Positions 48,346 through 59,550 of a DNA stretch of 64,000 nucleotides are shown piece by piece. Numbering within the stretch: the first letter of the stretch is position 1; every line of letters starts with the position of its first letter. The translations under genes and the position numbers were made by a program. Source of the stretch: Acidimicrobiia bacterium. Lineage in GTDB: Bacteria > Actinomycetota > Acidimicrobiia > Spongiisociales > ZC4RG35. Under the pieces are notes generated by a model. That model saw nothing but the letters and a program-made list of their open reading frames with translations. It was not told the DNA's origin and did no database searches. The stretch spans positions 1,513,741 to 1,577,740 of the forward strand of contig OY762464.1 of assembly GCA_963665765.1 (NCBI GenBank), written 5' to 3'.

Positions 48346-49857
48346 ATGGAGTTGAATAGCTATACAAGTCTCAGAAGAGATCAGACAGCACAACGTCTCC
48401 GCTGGATTGCGGACTCCTTGAACAAGAAGCTGGAGACCGGGTCTGACCGAGGTGATCGGGCGACGAAGGGGCAGTTCGCGACTCCTTCAGAAGCTGCCAC
48501 CTCGGTCGTTGAACTCCTTGATCTGACCCATATGGAACGGTATCGGATCGTGGATGCAGGTGCCGGGTCGGGAGCACTCATGCTAAGCCTTGTTGCCTTG
48601 GCGATAGAGACTGGAGTCATCGCACGGCTGACTATAGACCTGGTCGAAAGAGACGAATCTGCGCTACTTCTTCTCCAGGATGCGGTAGCCGACGTATGTC
48701 TTGCAGCTGCTTCTCATAATCTTGATCTGGAACTCAATATCATTGAGGCCGACTTCCTAGACCCAAATCATTGGGGGTCTCAGCCCTACGACATTGCCGT
48801 AATGAATCCACCGTATAGCAAACTCGGCCCGGATTCGACTTCGAGGGAATTAACTCGCCTTGAGACCGGGGTCGATTGTCCAAATGCGTACGCTGCCTTC
48901 GTCGCGACTGCGTTGACACTTCTTACAGACGGTGGGCAGTTGGTTGCTATTACGCCCCGCTCGTTTGCCAATGGTCGCTACTTTTGTCCTTTCAGGAGGT
49001 TCCTTTCCGAGGTTGCCGCCTTCAGGCATGTGGTCCTCTTCGACCGTAGAGACCGAATCTTCCGTTCGTCGTCGGTGCTTCAGGAGACCGTAATCTTTAG
49101 GTTGGATAAGTCGACAAGACCGGAGGCCACACGGGTCGTTGTGGAGACTCGGTTGGATCACGAAACGATGGCCCATGACGTGCATGAGGTGCCGCAGTCG
49201 ACCATCATCTCGCCTGCGGATCCTGATCGGTTCATCAACCTTCCCGGCAATCCCGAGGTGATGGAGGTCGCGACACGGCTTCGCTCCTACGGAGAAACAC
49301 TCGGCTCGCTCGGTCTCTCGGTCTCCACCGGCCCAGTTGTTGACTTCCGATCGAAGGAGCTTCTGACAACCGCGGAGGATCCCGCAGCCGTTCCTCTCAT
49401 TTATCCACGTAATGTGCGCTCTGAGAGTGTTTCTTGGCCGGTCAGCGGTGCCAAGGCTCAAGGTTTTATTCGGACAGCTAAGTCTGCGAAACAGCTGTAT
49501 CCCAATGGACATTACGTCCTAGTCAAGAGGTTCACTGCAAAAGAAGAGAAAAGGCGAGTTGTCGCCGCTGTCTATGAGCCGATTGATGGGTTCAAGGAAG
49601 TGGCCTTCGAGAACCACATCAATGTCATCCATTGCAAAAGGTTACCAATCCCATGTGGCTTAGCGGAGAAGATCGCCGATTACCTGAACAGCGATGATGT
49701 AGACATCTACTTCCGTATGTTCAGCGGCAATACGCAGGTAAACGCCACCGATCTACGAAGGCTCCACTTCCCATTGGAGGCACCGCTCGGGCTCAACACC
49801 ACTCTTGATCCCAAAGGGCAACAGGTTTCGCTGTTTGGAGGCGCAGTGGCTGTCTGA
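48346..49857 (+). CDS. N6-adenine DNA methyltransferase (Eco57I/BsuBI-PstI M-type)
   Basis: AdoMet motif I (VDAGAGSGAL) and motif IV NPPY (AVMNPPYSKLG). Low-GC gene (about 52%). Confidence 0.7.
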   Translation: MELNSYTSLRRDQTAQRLRWIADSLNKKLETGSDRGDRATKGQFATPSEAATSVVELLDLTHMERYRIVDAGAGSGALMLSLVALAIETGVIARLTIDLVERDESALLLLQDAVADVCLAAASHNLDLELNIIEADFLDPNHWGSQPYDIAVMNPPYSKLGPDSTSRELTRLETGVDCPNAYAAFVATALTLLTDGGQLVAITPRSFANGRYFCPFRRFLSEVAAFRHVVLFDRRDRIFRSSSVLQETVIFRLDKSTRPEATRVVVETRLDHETMAHDVHEVPQSTIISPADPDRFINLPGNPEVMEVATRLRSYGETLGSLGLSVSTGPVVDFRSKELLTTAEDPAAVPLIYPRNVRSESVSWPVSGAKAQGFIRTAKSAKQLYPNGHYVLVKRFTAKEEKRRVVAAVYEPIDGFKEVAFENHINVIHCKRLPIPCGLAEKIADYLNSDDVDIYFRMFSGNTQVNATDLRRLHFPLEAPLGLNTTLDPKGQQVSLFGGAVAV

Positions 49858-50789
49858 TGGAGAAAGAGAGCGCAAGTGAACTTCTCCGGGCTCTGGGCTT
49901 CGACCAGGAGCGCCAGAATAATCGCTCGGCCTTGGTGCTGCTCGCGCTTCTCCACCTCGCGCCAAGAGATGACTGGTCGGATGCATCGAATCCGTTGATG
50001 AGAACCGTCGAGATCATGGCATGGATCAGAGATAAATTCGGTCTCGACTACAAGCCGAATACACGAGAGACGGTAAGGCGGCAGACACTTCATCAGTTCG
50101 TTCAGGGCCACTTAGTGGTCGAGAACTCCGACCAACCTGACCGGCCGATTAACTCGCCGAAGTGGTGCTACCAAGTCACAGATGAGGCTCTCAGGCTTGC
50201 GAAATTAACCGGTACCCAGGACTTTGACGAAGCGCTGGCGGACTACCTCCAGTTGCGACCTGGACTGGCGGCGACCTATCGGCGTGAGCGAGAGATGCAC
50301 CAAGTACCAGTACGTCTCCCAGACGGTGACGAGATCGCATTGTCAGCTGGTGGTCAGAACGATCTTCTGAAGGCGATGATTGAAGAATTCTGTCCACGCT
50401 TTACGCCAGGTGGGGAGGTGCTTTATGTTGGCGACGCGGGTTCGAAGTGGTTGATCTTTGATGAACGCCGCCTCGCCGCCCTAGGGGTGTGGGTTGACAG
50501 TCATGGGAAGATGCCGGATATGGTGGTCTACGTGGCGGATCGCAATCGGCTTGTTTTGATGGAGGCTGCGTCGTCACATGGGCCGGTAGATCACAAGCGC
50601 TATTTAGAACTGCGAGACTTGTTTGGTGTCAGCAGCGCGGGTCTGGTCTTCGTGTCTTGCTTCCCCGACCAAGCGACAGCAAGAAAACACCTAACGAGCA
50701 TTGCCTGGGAGACTGAAGTCTGGACGGCAGATCATCCGACCCACATGATTCATTTCGATGGCGAGATATTCCTCGGGCCCTACAATTAG
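49857..50789 (+). CDS. BsuBI/PstI-family type II restriction endonuclease
   Basis: Immediately follows and overlaps the methyltransferase gene (tgATG). Domain organisation and motifs resemble pfam06616; from memory. Confidence 0.6.
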   Translation: MEKESASELLRALGFDQERQNNRSALVLLALLHLAPRDDWSDASNPLMRTVEIMAWIRDKFGLDYKPNTRETVRRQTLHQFVQGHLVVENSDQPDRPINSPKWCYQVTDEALRLAKLTGTQDFDEALADYLQLRPGLAATYRREREMHQVPVRLPDGDEIALSAGGQNDLLKAMIEEFCPRFTPGGEVLYVGDAGSKWLIFDERRLAALGVWVDSHGKMPDMVVYVADRNRLVLMEAASSHGPVDHKRYLELRDLFGVSSAGLVFVSCFPDQATARKHLTSIAWETEVWTADHPTHMIHFDGEIFLGPYN

Positions 50790-50863
50790 GTCCAGGCATT
50801 TGCTCCACGATCCAGCGGGATAGTCAGGCATTGTTTCAGCACCCACTAGAAGGTGGGGCCGGA

Positions 50864-51721
50864 TCAGCGGTCGGTGCGGTAGGGGTTGAGGAGGTCGGTG
50901 AGGGTGTCGCCCAGGAGGGTGAAGATCAGCACCGTTATGAATATGGCGCTTCCCGCTCCCAACGCCAGGTAGGGATTGGTGGAGACCAGGGTCTTGCCGG
51001 CGAGGAGCATGGCGCCCCAAGACGGGGCGGGAGGCTGAGCGCCCAGACCCAGGAAACTGAGGGCGGCCTCGGTTAGCACCGCGGTGGCGAAGGTGAGGGT
51101 GAACTGCACCAGGATGATTGAGGTGAGGTTGGGCAGGAGCGACCGTTGCATCAGATATACATGACTGGCTCCCAAGGCTCTGCCGGCGGTGATGAATTCG
51201 CTCTCTTTGAGGGAGAGGGCCATTCCTCGCACCAGACGGGCGAAACGGGGGATCTGCACTATCCCGATGGCGATGATGGTATTGCGCAGGTTGGGTCCCA
51301 GCACCGCCACCATGGCCATGGCCAGGATGATGGGGGGGAACGCCAGCAGGCCGTCGGTGGTGCGCATCATTATGGTGTCGGTGAGCTTGCCGAAATACCC
51401 GCTGACAACGCCCATCGGCACCCCGAATACCACCGCGATGGCGGTGGAGGCAGAGCCCACGTACAGGGAGACCCGTGATCCGTGGATGATGCGGCTGAAG
51501 ATGTCCCTTCCTATCTGGTCGGTGCCCAGCCAGAACTGTGCGGTAGGCAACTCGAAGGGATAGGCGACCACTTCGGTGGCGCCGTAAGGCGCCAGGAGAT
51601 CGGCGAACACCGCCAACAGCACCAGTAGCGCCGCCATGCTGAGCGTGAAGAGGTGAAGGGGATTGCGGATGATCCTCCTCCAGATCTTGCGTCTCTCCGA
51701 GAACTGTGCGGCAGATGTCAT
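50864..51721 (-). CDS. Peptide/nickel ABC transporter permease (DppC/OppC-like)
   Basis: BPD-transport EAA motif region and N-terminal OppC-type TM segment. Confidence 0.8.
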   Translation of the reverse strand: MTSAAQFSERRKIWRRIIRNPLHLFTLSMAALLVLLAVFADLLAPYGATEVVAYPFELPTAQFWLGTDQIGRDIFSRIIHGSRVSLYVGSASTAIAVVFGVPMGVVSGYFGKLTDTIMMRTTDGLLAFPPIILAMAMVAVLGPNLRNTIIAIGIVQIPRFARLVRGMALSLKESEFITAGRALGASHVYLMQRSLLPNLTSIILVQFTLTFATAVLTEAALSFLGLGAQPPAPSWGAMLLAGKTLVSTNPYLALGAGSAIFITVLIFTLLGDTLTDLLNPYRTDR

Positions 51722-51743
51722 ATCCGGGTTGGTCCTTGTGCGT

Positions 51744-52687
<944 letters not shown>

Positions 52688-52691
<4 letters not shown>

Positions 52692-53697
52692 GACCAAGCG
52701 CCGGAGTGGTCTTCGGCGCCCGGGTAATGGCAGGCCACCAGGCTGTCGGAGACAGGCGCCAATTGAGGGTCCTGGTCGACGCAGAGTTGGTCGCCTCGCC
52801 AGCACCGAGTTCTGAACCGGCAACCCGATGGCGGATCGAGGGGATTGGGCAGGTCGCCGGTGAGAATTATCCGCTCCCGGGTCTGTCGACCCTGGGCGGC
52901 GGAGATATCGGGGATCGCCGACAGGAGGGCGATCGTGTAGGGATGCTGGGGGGAGTTGAAGACCGCGTCCCGGGGGCCTTCTTCCACAATGCGGCCGAGG
53001 TACATGACCGCCACGCGATCAGAGACTTGGCCCACCACCGATAGATCGTGGGCGATGAACAGATAAGCCAGGCCGAGTTCGGTTTGCAGGTCTTCCAGCA
53101 AGTTGAGAATCTGGGCCTGGATGGAGACGTCCAGCGCTGACACCGGTTCGTCCAGCACCAGAAGAGAGGGCTCCAGGGCCAGGGCTCGGGCGATGGCGAT
53201 CCGCTGTCGCTGCCCGCCGGAGAACTCGTGGGGGAACCGGCGCAGGGAGTCGGGCGGCAACTGAACCAGGGAGAGCAGTTCCGGAATCTTTTGGCTGGCC
53301 ACCGCCCGGGGGATGCCATGGATACGGAAGGGCTCGTACAGGATCTGTTGGACTTTGAACCGGGGATTGAGGGAGGCGTAGGGATCCTGGAAGACGATCT
53401 GCATCTCCTGGCGCAGGGGACGCATCTGTTGGTGGTCGAAGTGGGTGATGTCCTGTCCCGCAAAGCTGACCGTTCCCGCCGAGGGCTCCAGCAGTCGGAT
53501 GATGGTCCTCCCCAGGGTGGACTTGCCGCACCCCGACTCTCCCACCAGGCCCAGAGTTTCACCAGGCTTGATGGACAGGGTGACATCCTCCACCGCCACC
53601 AGGGTGGTGGCCTTCTGGGCGCCGCTGCGGCGGATGTGGTAACTGGTGGTGATGTCCCGGATATCGAGGATCGGCTTCTGGGCAGCTTCGGTGTTCA
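52688..53697 (-). CDS. Peptide ABC transporter ATP-binding protein (DppF/OppF-like)
   Basis: Walker A GESGCGKST, signature and Walker B motifs, plus the C-terminal oligopeptide-type extension. Confidence 0.85.
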
Positions 53698-54705
53698 TGT
53701 TGCTCTCTCGGTGAGCCAGGATGCCGCCTCCTCGGTGAAGTGACAGGCCGCCTGCTGTGCGGCTCCCACCTCCAGCAGCCGAGGAGAGTCGGATCGGCAG
53801 ACCGAACGCTCCCCTCCGATGGCGCATCGCGGATGGAAAGGACATCCCGGGGGTACGTTGGCCATGTCGGGAGGCTGGCCGGGAATGGAGTAGAGTTTCG
53901 TCCTCTTTTGCTTGATCGAAGGAATGGAAGCCAGCAGTCCGATTGTGTAGGGGTGCCGTGGCCGGGAGAAGATGTCGCCGATGCGGCCCTCCTCCACGAT
54001 CCGGCCGGCGTACATCACTATCACCCGGTCGGCAATCTGGGAGACCAGCCCCAGGTCGTGGGTGATCAGGATGGAAGCCGCCCCCATCTCCTCGCGGGCT
54101 GCCTTGAGGGTTTCGATCACCTGCGCCTGGATGGTCACGTCCAAGGCCGTGGTGGGTTCGTCGGCGATCAGCAGCTTGGGCCGGTTGGCCATGGCCATGG
54201 CGATCATGGCGCGCTGGCGCATTCCCCCCGAGTACTCGTGGGGAAACTGGTTGTAGCGCCGTTCCGGTTGTGGGATCCCCACCATGTCCAGCAACTCGAT
54301 GCCACGCCGACGGTGGCTGGACTTCGATTCGGAGGGCTCATGAGTCCACAGGGCTTCCCTCAGTTGTTCCCCCACCTTCATCACCGGATTAAGCGAGGTC
54401 ATGGGATCCTGGAACACCATGGAGATCTCCTGTCCCCGGATCGAGCGGAGCGCTTCCGTGGACAGGGGCAGCAAGTCCTGCCCTTCGAAGAGAGCCCTTC
54501 CACCGGTAATCTCCCCGGGGGGTTTGGGGATGAGCCCCAGGATGCTCAGCACCGTCACCGTCTTGCCGGATCCGGACTCGCCGACTATTCCGAGGGTCTC
54601 CCCGGTGTTGAGGGAGAAACTCACGCCATTGACGGCATTGATCACCTGATCAGGGGTCTTGAACCGGACCGAAAGGTTTTCGACGGTTAGCAACGGAATT
54701 GGCAT
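53695..54705 (-). CDS. Peptide ABC transporter ATP-binding protein (DppD/OppD-like)
   Basis: GESGSGKT, YSGGMRQR and IADEPTTALD motifs. Confidence 0.85.
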   Translation of the reverse strand: MPIPLLTVENLSVRFKTPDQVINAVNGVSFSLNTGETLGIVGESGSGKTVTVLSILGLIPKPPGEITGGRALFEGQDLLPLSTEALRSIRGQEISMVFQDPMTSLNPVMKVGEQLREALWTHEPSESKSSHRRRGIELLDMVGIPQPERRYNQFPHEYSGGMRQRAMIAMAMANRPKLLIADEPTTALDVTIQAQVIETLKAAREEMGAASILITHDLGLVSQIADRVIVMYAGRIVEEGRIGDIFSRPRHPYTIGLLASIPSIKQKRTKLYSIPGQPPDMANVPPGCPFHPRCAIGGERSVCRSDSPRLLEVGAAQQAACHFTEEAASWLTERAT

Positions 54706-54804
54706 CGAGATAGAAGATACTTTGCTGGGCGACGTTTGGGCGGGAGGAGAGGAGGGGACGCTGGGAGAACGTCCCCTCCTTCCTGAGTTTGCCTTTAGCG
54801 GGAC

Positions 54805-56679
54805 TTAGCCCCCTGTCAGGTAGACATCGGTGAGGTAAAGGGTCCCTTGAGTATGCGAGATGAAGCCTTGGACGTTGGGACTGTGGGGTATGGGGTTCAT
54901 TCGCCCTCCGAGGACGATCTGGGGTTGTTCCTCCATGGCCCACAACTGCAACTGGTGTATGGCTTCCTTGTACTCAATGTTGGAAGCGATGGATCGGGCA
55001 CTGGACAGCAGTTCGAAGAACTCGGGCTTGTGGTCGATCCATCCCATGGTCTCAACGAAGAGTTTGTTGTAGGGATGATTCAGCAAGTCGTACTCGTCCG
55101 GCTTGGGCACCATTGCGCACGCGGCCAAGTCGTACAGGCCAAGCTGTGAAGCGTCGCTCGTGTGCGTGGGGAGCGTTCTGTTCACATAGGTTGCCACATC
55201 CATGATGTTCAGCTCGATGTTGATGTTCAAGCTGGATCTCAGTTGCTCCTGAACGGCCTGAGCCAGCCAGGTGTGTTCGTCGTCCGTATGGCAGACTATC
55301 ATTTCCCCGCCGTCGAAGCCGTCGGGATACCCCGCACTCTCGAGAACGGCCTTCGCTCCGTCGACATCAGGAGCGTTGTATGAGGCCGCGTCCGGGTTGA
55401 AGAACTGCGCGTTGCTCTCCATGGGGTTGGAAAGAATCTGCATGTGGCCCAGCAGGGTTCGTTGCAGCGCAGGGCGATCAATCGCCATGCTGACCGCCTG
55501 GCGCACCAACGGATTCGACCAGATGTCCCGGCGGGTGTTGACGTGGAAGTGATACAGGCCGGTGTTCCCTGTTGGACTGGCGAGTACCATGCCCGCCTCG
55601 CTGAGGGTTGCCAACTCGGCCAACGGACCCTGGGCCAGCATGTGGACCTCGCCGGAGCGAAGCTGCAGCGACTGGACGCTGAAATCAGGAACGGTGACGT
55701 ACTCGATCCTGTCCAGGTAAGCGTCGCCCCAGAAATCGGGGTTGTGCTCTATGACAACCCGCTGATTTCTCTCCCAGGAGACGAACCTGTACGGGCCGGT
55801 GCCGGTAGGCGTCTGGTTCAAGTCGATGTCCTCAGAAGGCGATATATACACGTCGATCAGAGTGCTGTGCAATATGCGATCCGGCTCTGAGAGTCGAACC
55901 TCCACGGTGAGGTCGTCAATCGCGACAACTTCTGCGACCCGAGTCAGCAAGGAAGCTGTCCTTCCAGACCCAGGCTCCTGCGCGCGTTCGATTGAGCGAA
56001 CAACGTCAACGGCGTCCAGATCCGAGCCGTCGTGAAAGATCACGTCTGGACGAATATTGAAGACATGCGACAGACCGTCTTCTGAGACGGTCCACGAAGT
56101 GGCCAGCGAAGGCACAATCTCATAGGTGTTCAGGTTGAACTCAACCAGGGTGTCATAGATGTTGGTGACGACGTTACGGGAGGCCGTCGATCCGTAGCGA
56201 TTCGGATGAAGACCAGTGGGATCGGCGCTTTGGGCGATGACGAGAGTCCCACCACGGGGAATCATCTCCGCCATGGCGGCCTCTTCCAACTCCTGCTCGG
56301 CCATGGCCGCTGCCTCTTCGGCTTCGGCTGCCTTCGTTTCGGCTTCGGCTGCCATTGCTTCGGCTTCGGCTGCCTTCGCTTCGGCCTCAGCCAATGCTTC
56401 CATGGCTGCTTCGTCCCCTTCTTCGGCGGCCATCTTGGTGTCTTCCAGTTCCGCCATGGCCTCATCCAGGGCAGCCTGCGCTTCGGCAGCTTCAGCGGCC
56501 GCGGCCGCGGCATCAGCTGAGGCGGCTTCGGCTGCCGCTTCGGCTTCTGCTGCCTGTGCTTCGGCTTCGGCGCGGGCTTCGGCCGCGGCTTCGGCTGCGG
56601 CCTCAGCTTCCGAAGTGTCCTCTCCACAAGCCGTTGCAACCAAGGCCAGAATGGCCAGCAACGCGATCAATTTTTTCAT
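54805..56679 (-). CDS. Family-5 ABC substrate-binding lipoprotein (peptide/nickel) with a ~120-aa Ala/Glu-rich linker
   Basis: Lipobox LVATACGE, then an AEAEAA-rich low-complexity stretch (residues about 20-140), then a DppA/OppA-like family-5 domain. Confidence 0.8.
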   Translation of the reverse strand: MKKLIALLAILALVATACGEDTSEAEAAAEAAAEARAEAEAQAAEAEAAAEAASADAAAAAAEAAEAQAALDEAMAELEDTKMAAEEGDEAAMEALAEAEAKAAEAEAMAAEAETKAAEAEEAAAMAEQELEEAAMAEMIPRGGTLVIAQSADPTGLHPNRYGSTASRNVVTNIYDTLVEFNLNTYEIVPSLATSWTVSEDGLSHVFNIRPDVIFHDGSDLDAVDVVRSIERAQEPGSGRTASLLTRVAEVVAIDDLTVEVRLSEPDRILHSTLIDVYISPSEDIDLNQTPTGTGPYRFVSWERNQRVVIEHNPDFWGDAYLDRIEYVTVPDFSVQSLQLRSGEVHMLAQGPLAELATLSEAGMVLASPTGNTGLYHFHVNTRRDIWSNPLVRQAVSMAIDRPALQRTLLGHMQILSNPMESNAQFFNPDAASYNAPDVDGAKAVLESAGYPDGFDGGEMIVCHTDDEHTWLAQAVQEQLRSSLNINIELNIMDVATYVNRTLPTHTSDASQLGLYDLAACAMVPKPDEYDLLNHPYNKLFVETMGWIDHKPEFFELLSSARSIASNIEYKEAIHQLQLWAMEEQPQIVLGGRMNPIPHSPNVQGFISHTQGTLYLTDVYLTGG

Positions 56680-56701
56680 GTGAGCGCTCCTTTGTCGTAG
56701 G

Positions 56702-56733
56702 GCATGTCCATACAGCTACATGTCCATACAGCT
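56702..56733. promoter_or_regulatory. Tandem 16-bp direct repeat catgtccatacagcta x2 immediately upstream of the peptide SBP start
   Basis: Read directly; lies in the AT-rich divergent intergenic region 56680-56940. Confidence 0.4.
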
Positions 56734-56940
56734 ATAGGACCTCTAAGAGCCAGAATAGGCGGTGGGTTGGTAATGCTTGCAGAAAAGGGAAAGAATTTAT
56801 TACGAAAGCTCTGAAAAGTGAGATAGGGTTGAAGGGTTACAAATATCTGAAGCCAATGAAATTCTTGATTACACGTGGATTAGTTATCCCTGGAGGGGAC
56901 AGGCCGATCATCGCTCGTTTAAGATGGGTAACCGGAAGCC

Positions 56941-57279
56941 ATGTCTGATTTTCTGAAACGCCCCAGACTTCCTGCCGGCATCGACGGTTCCCGCCGCGAT
57001 CTGTGGGAGGAATTCCGGCGACAGCCGTTCGGCAAGCACTCTCCAGACCTTCAGGCGCTGCTGGAATACATGCGCGGCGGTCCCATTACGGGGAAGTATT
57101 TCCTGAAGCTGACCGGCCCTCATTCAGAGTGGACGCTGGCGCGGTACAGCGACACTTTTCCCCTGACCACCGCAAACCTTGACGAGCATGTCTTCACCAC
57201 CATCGAAGACGCCGAGTATTTTGTCTTCCGCCGCCGCTGGGAGGAGATGTTCGGTGTCGACCCGGGAGCGGGCTCGTGA
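56941..57279 (+). CDS. Small hypothetical protein, possible small subunit of the downstream DMFase-like enzyme
   Basis: 112 aa; its stop overlaps the GTG start of the large ORF (GTGA), suggesting translational coupling. Confidence 0.35.
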   Translation: MSDFLKRPRLPAGIDGSRRDLWEEFRRQPFGKHSPDLQALLEYMRGGPITGKYFLKLTGPHSEWTLARYSDTFPLTTANLDEHVFTTIEDAEYFVFRRRWEEMFGVDPGAGS

Positions 57280-59507
57280 CCGTTAAGGCCGCGGTCATGG
57301 GTTATGCCGACCGCCAGAGCCTGCGGCCGGGAGAACGCATCGAATTCAAGGTGAGCGCTCTGGGTCCGGAGACCTACCGGGCCGACATCGTCCGGTTGAT
57401 CGCCCCGGAAGTGGGTCTGGGAGATGACTGTCCCGACTTTTGCGAGATCGAACTCGATACCGAGGTCTGTGGTGACTATCCCACGGAATGGCAGCCCATT
57501 CATCCCGGTTCGGCGGTGCGGGTGCCGCTGCCGGACGGTCTCCCCCTGGAGGGCGGGATCACGCTCAAAGCCCACGTGTTCCCCACTTTGGCCTCGGCCG
57601 GTCGGCAGGCCATCGCGGGAACCTACAGCACCTCCGACCAGTCGGGGGTCAGCCTGGTGCTTGAAGACGGTGGGCTGGCGTTGCTGATCGGTGACGGCGA
57701 GTCAACGTCTGTCATCCCCAGTTCCATCTCTCCTTTCGAACACCGGTGGACGGCAGTCACCGTGACCTACCATGCCGGCTCCGGCTCGGTGGTCTTCTAC
57801 GCCCGGGGGATGGAGAGCACCCGGCTGGAAGAAGAGTTTTGGGCCGAGGAGGAATTGGGGGCGGCGGTGTGGGGTCCGTCGGGTGGTAGGCACTTCTACG
57901 TGGGAGCGGCTCGCGGGGAGGATGATCGGGGTACCGAGCATCCTGACCTGTGTTTCAACGGGAGGATCGAGAGACCCCGGGTGTACGCGGGGATCTGGAG
58001 GCCCAAGTCGTCCGGCAGGATTGATAGGACCCCCGGCATGTCCCGTCCGAAACTCTTCGGCGATTGGGACTTCTCCATCGGGATCGACACCGAGTGGGTG
58101 ACCGATGTTTCGGGCAACGGCCGCCACGGGGAGACGGTCAACCTCCCCACTCGGGGGGTGGGGGGCTCCAATTGGGCGGGGCAGACGGACAATTGGCAGC
58201 AAGCGACCGAGCAGTACGGCGCCATACATTTCCACAACGACGATGTTGATGACGCCCGGTGGCGGACCTCATTCACGCTCGTCGTCCCCGACGACTGGAA
58301 GAGTGGGTGCTATGCCGCCCGCCTCCGGGCAGATGACGCCGAGTTCTATGTTCCATTCGTGGTGCGAGCCGTACCCGGCAAGGAATCCGACGTGGTTCTG
58401 CTGCTGGCCACCGCCACCTACGGCGCCTACGCCAACCTCCGTCTGCGGGTGGTCTTTCCTTGGAACGAGTTAATCCACGGCCGGCTCACGGTGCTGGACG
58501 ACACGGATCTGCTGATGCTGCGGTTCCCCGAGATCGGCGGTTCCACCTACGACAGCCACACCGACGGCAGTACGGTGGTCTACTCCTCGATGCGCCGTCC
58601 GGTCACCAACTTCCGCCCCAAGGGCCGTATCTACAAGTTCTGCCAGGACATGTTGCTGGTTTCATGGTTGGAGGAGGACGGATACAACTTCGACGTGATT
58701 ACCGACGAGGATGTCCATCGGGAGGGTCTGGAGGCTCTGGAGCCTTACCGGGTGGTGATTACCAGTTCCCATCCCGAATACACGAGCACGGCGATGTTCG
58801 ATGCTACCGAAGAACATGTGAGAAGGGGAGGACGCATGATGTATCTGGGGGGCAACGGGTGGTACTGGCGGATCGGCTACCACCCCACCCGTTCCGGGAT
58901 TGTGGAGGTCCGACGGCCCGACGCTCCCCGGCTGTGGGCTGCCGATGTCAGTCAAGGTCATCTGTCGTTCTCCGGTGAGCGAGCCGGCACTTGGTCGTGG
59001 GCGGGCCGTCCCCCCCAGACCTTCTTGGGAGTGGGTTTCATCACGCAGGGATTTGACGAATGCTCCTACTACCGGCGCACTGAGGCTTCCAACGACGATC
59101 GGGCGGCGTTCATTTTCCAGGATGTCGATGACGAACTCATCGGGGACTTCGGGTTGCTGATGGGAGGGGCGGCCGGCTACGAAATCGACCGGGCGGACGC
59201 TCTCATGGGTACCCCTCGCCATGCCCTGGTGATGGCTTCTTCGGAGGGCCATTCCAATCTCTATGACCTGATGGTCACCTCCCTGGTAGATACGCTGCCT
59301 CCAACCAATCCCGATGACCCCGACCGTATCCGCGCCGACATGGTGTTCTACGAAACATCTGGTGGCGGGGCGGTGTTCTCGGTGGGTTCCATCGCCTGGT
59401 CCGGGAGCCTCAGCCACGCCCGCTATGACAACAACGTGGCGGCGGTGACCCGCAACGTTCTCAACCGTTTCTCAGATCCCCGGCCGTTCCGGATGCCCGC
59501 CGAATGA
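57276..59507 (+). CDS. N,N-dimethylformamidase large-subunit-like protein (putative amidase)
   Basis: 743 aa; size, N-terminal beta-sandwich-like region and overall features recalled for the DmfA2-like family. No HMM was run. Confidence 0.45.
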   Translation: MTVKAAVMGYADRQSLRPGERIEFKVSALGPETYRADIVRLIAPEVGLGDDCPDFCEIELDTEVCGDYPTEWQPIHPGSAVRVPLPDGLPLEGGITLKAHVFPTLASAGRQAIAGTYSTSDQSGVSLVLEDGGLALLIGDGESTSVIPSSISPFEHRWTAVTVTYHAGSGSVVFYARGMESTRLEEEFWAEEELGAAVWGPSGGRHFYVGAARGEDDRGTEHPDLCFNGRIERPRVYAGIWRPKSSGRIDRTPGMSRPKLFGDWDFSIGIDTEWVTDVSGNGRHGETVNLPTRGVGGSNWAGQTDNWQQATEQYGAIHFHNDDVDDARWRTSFTLVVPDDWKSGCYAARLRADDAEFYVPFVVRAVPGKESDVVLLLATATYGAYANLRLRVVFPWNELIHGRLTVLDDTDLLMLRFPEIGGSTYDSHTDGSTVVYSSMRRPVTNFRPKGRIYKFCQDMLLVSWLEEDGYNFDVITDEDVHREGLEALEPYRVVITSSHPEYTSTAMFDATEEHVRRGGRMMYLGGNGWYWRIGYHPTRSGIVEVRRPDAPRLWAADVSQGHLSFSGERAGTWSWAGRPPQTFLGVGFITQGFDECSYYRRTEASNDDRAAFIFQDVDDELIGDFGLLMGGAAGYEIDRADALMGTPRHALVMASSEGHSNLYDLMVTSLVDTLPPTNPDDPDRIRADMVFYETSGGGAVFSVGSIAWSGSLSHARYDNNVAAVTRNVLNRFSDPRPFRMPAE

Positions 59508-59550
59508 ATCACGGCCCTATTCCCCAAAGCCTCAACGAAAAGGCGAACAG

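Noticed and set aside
53740-54690. 316-aa plus-strand ORF over the dppD-like ATPase
   Set aside because: Antisense to a gene with full ABC motifs; Gly/His/Asp-rich spurious translation.
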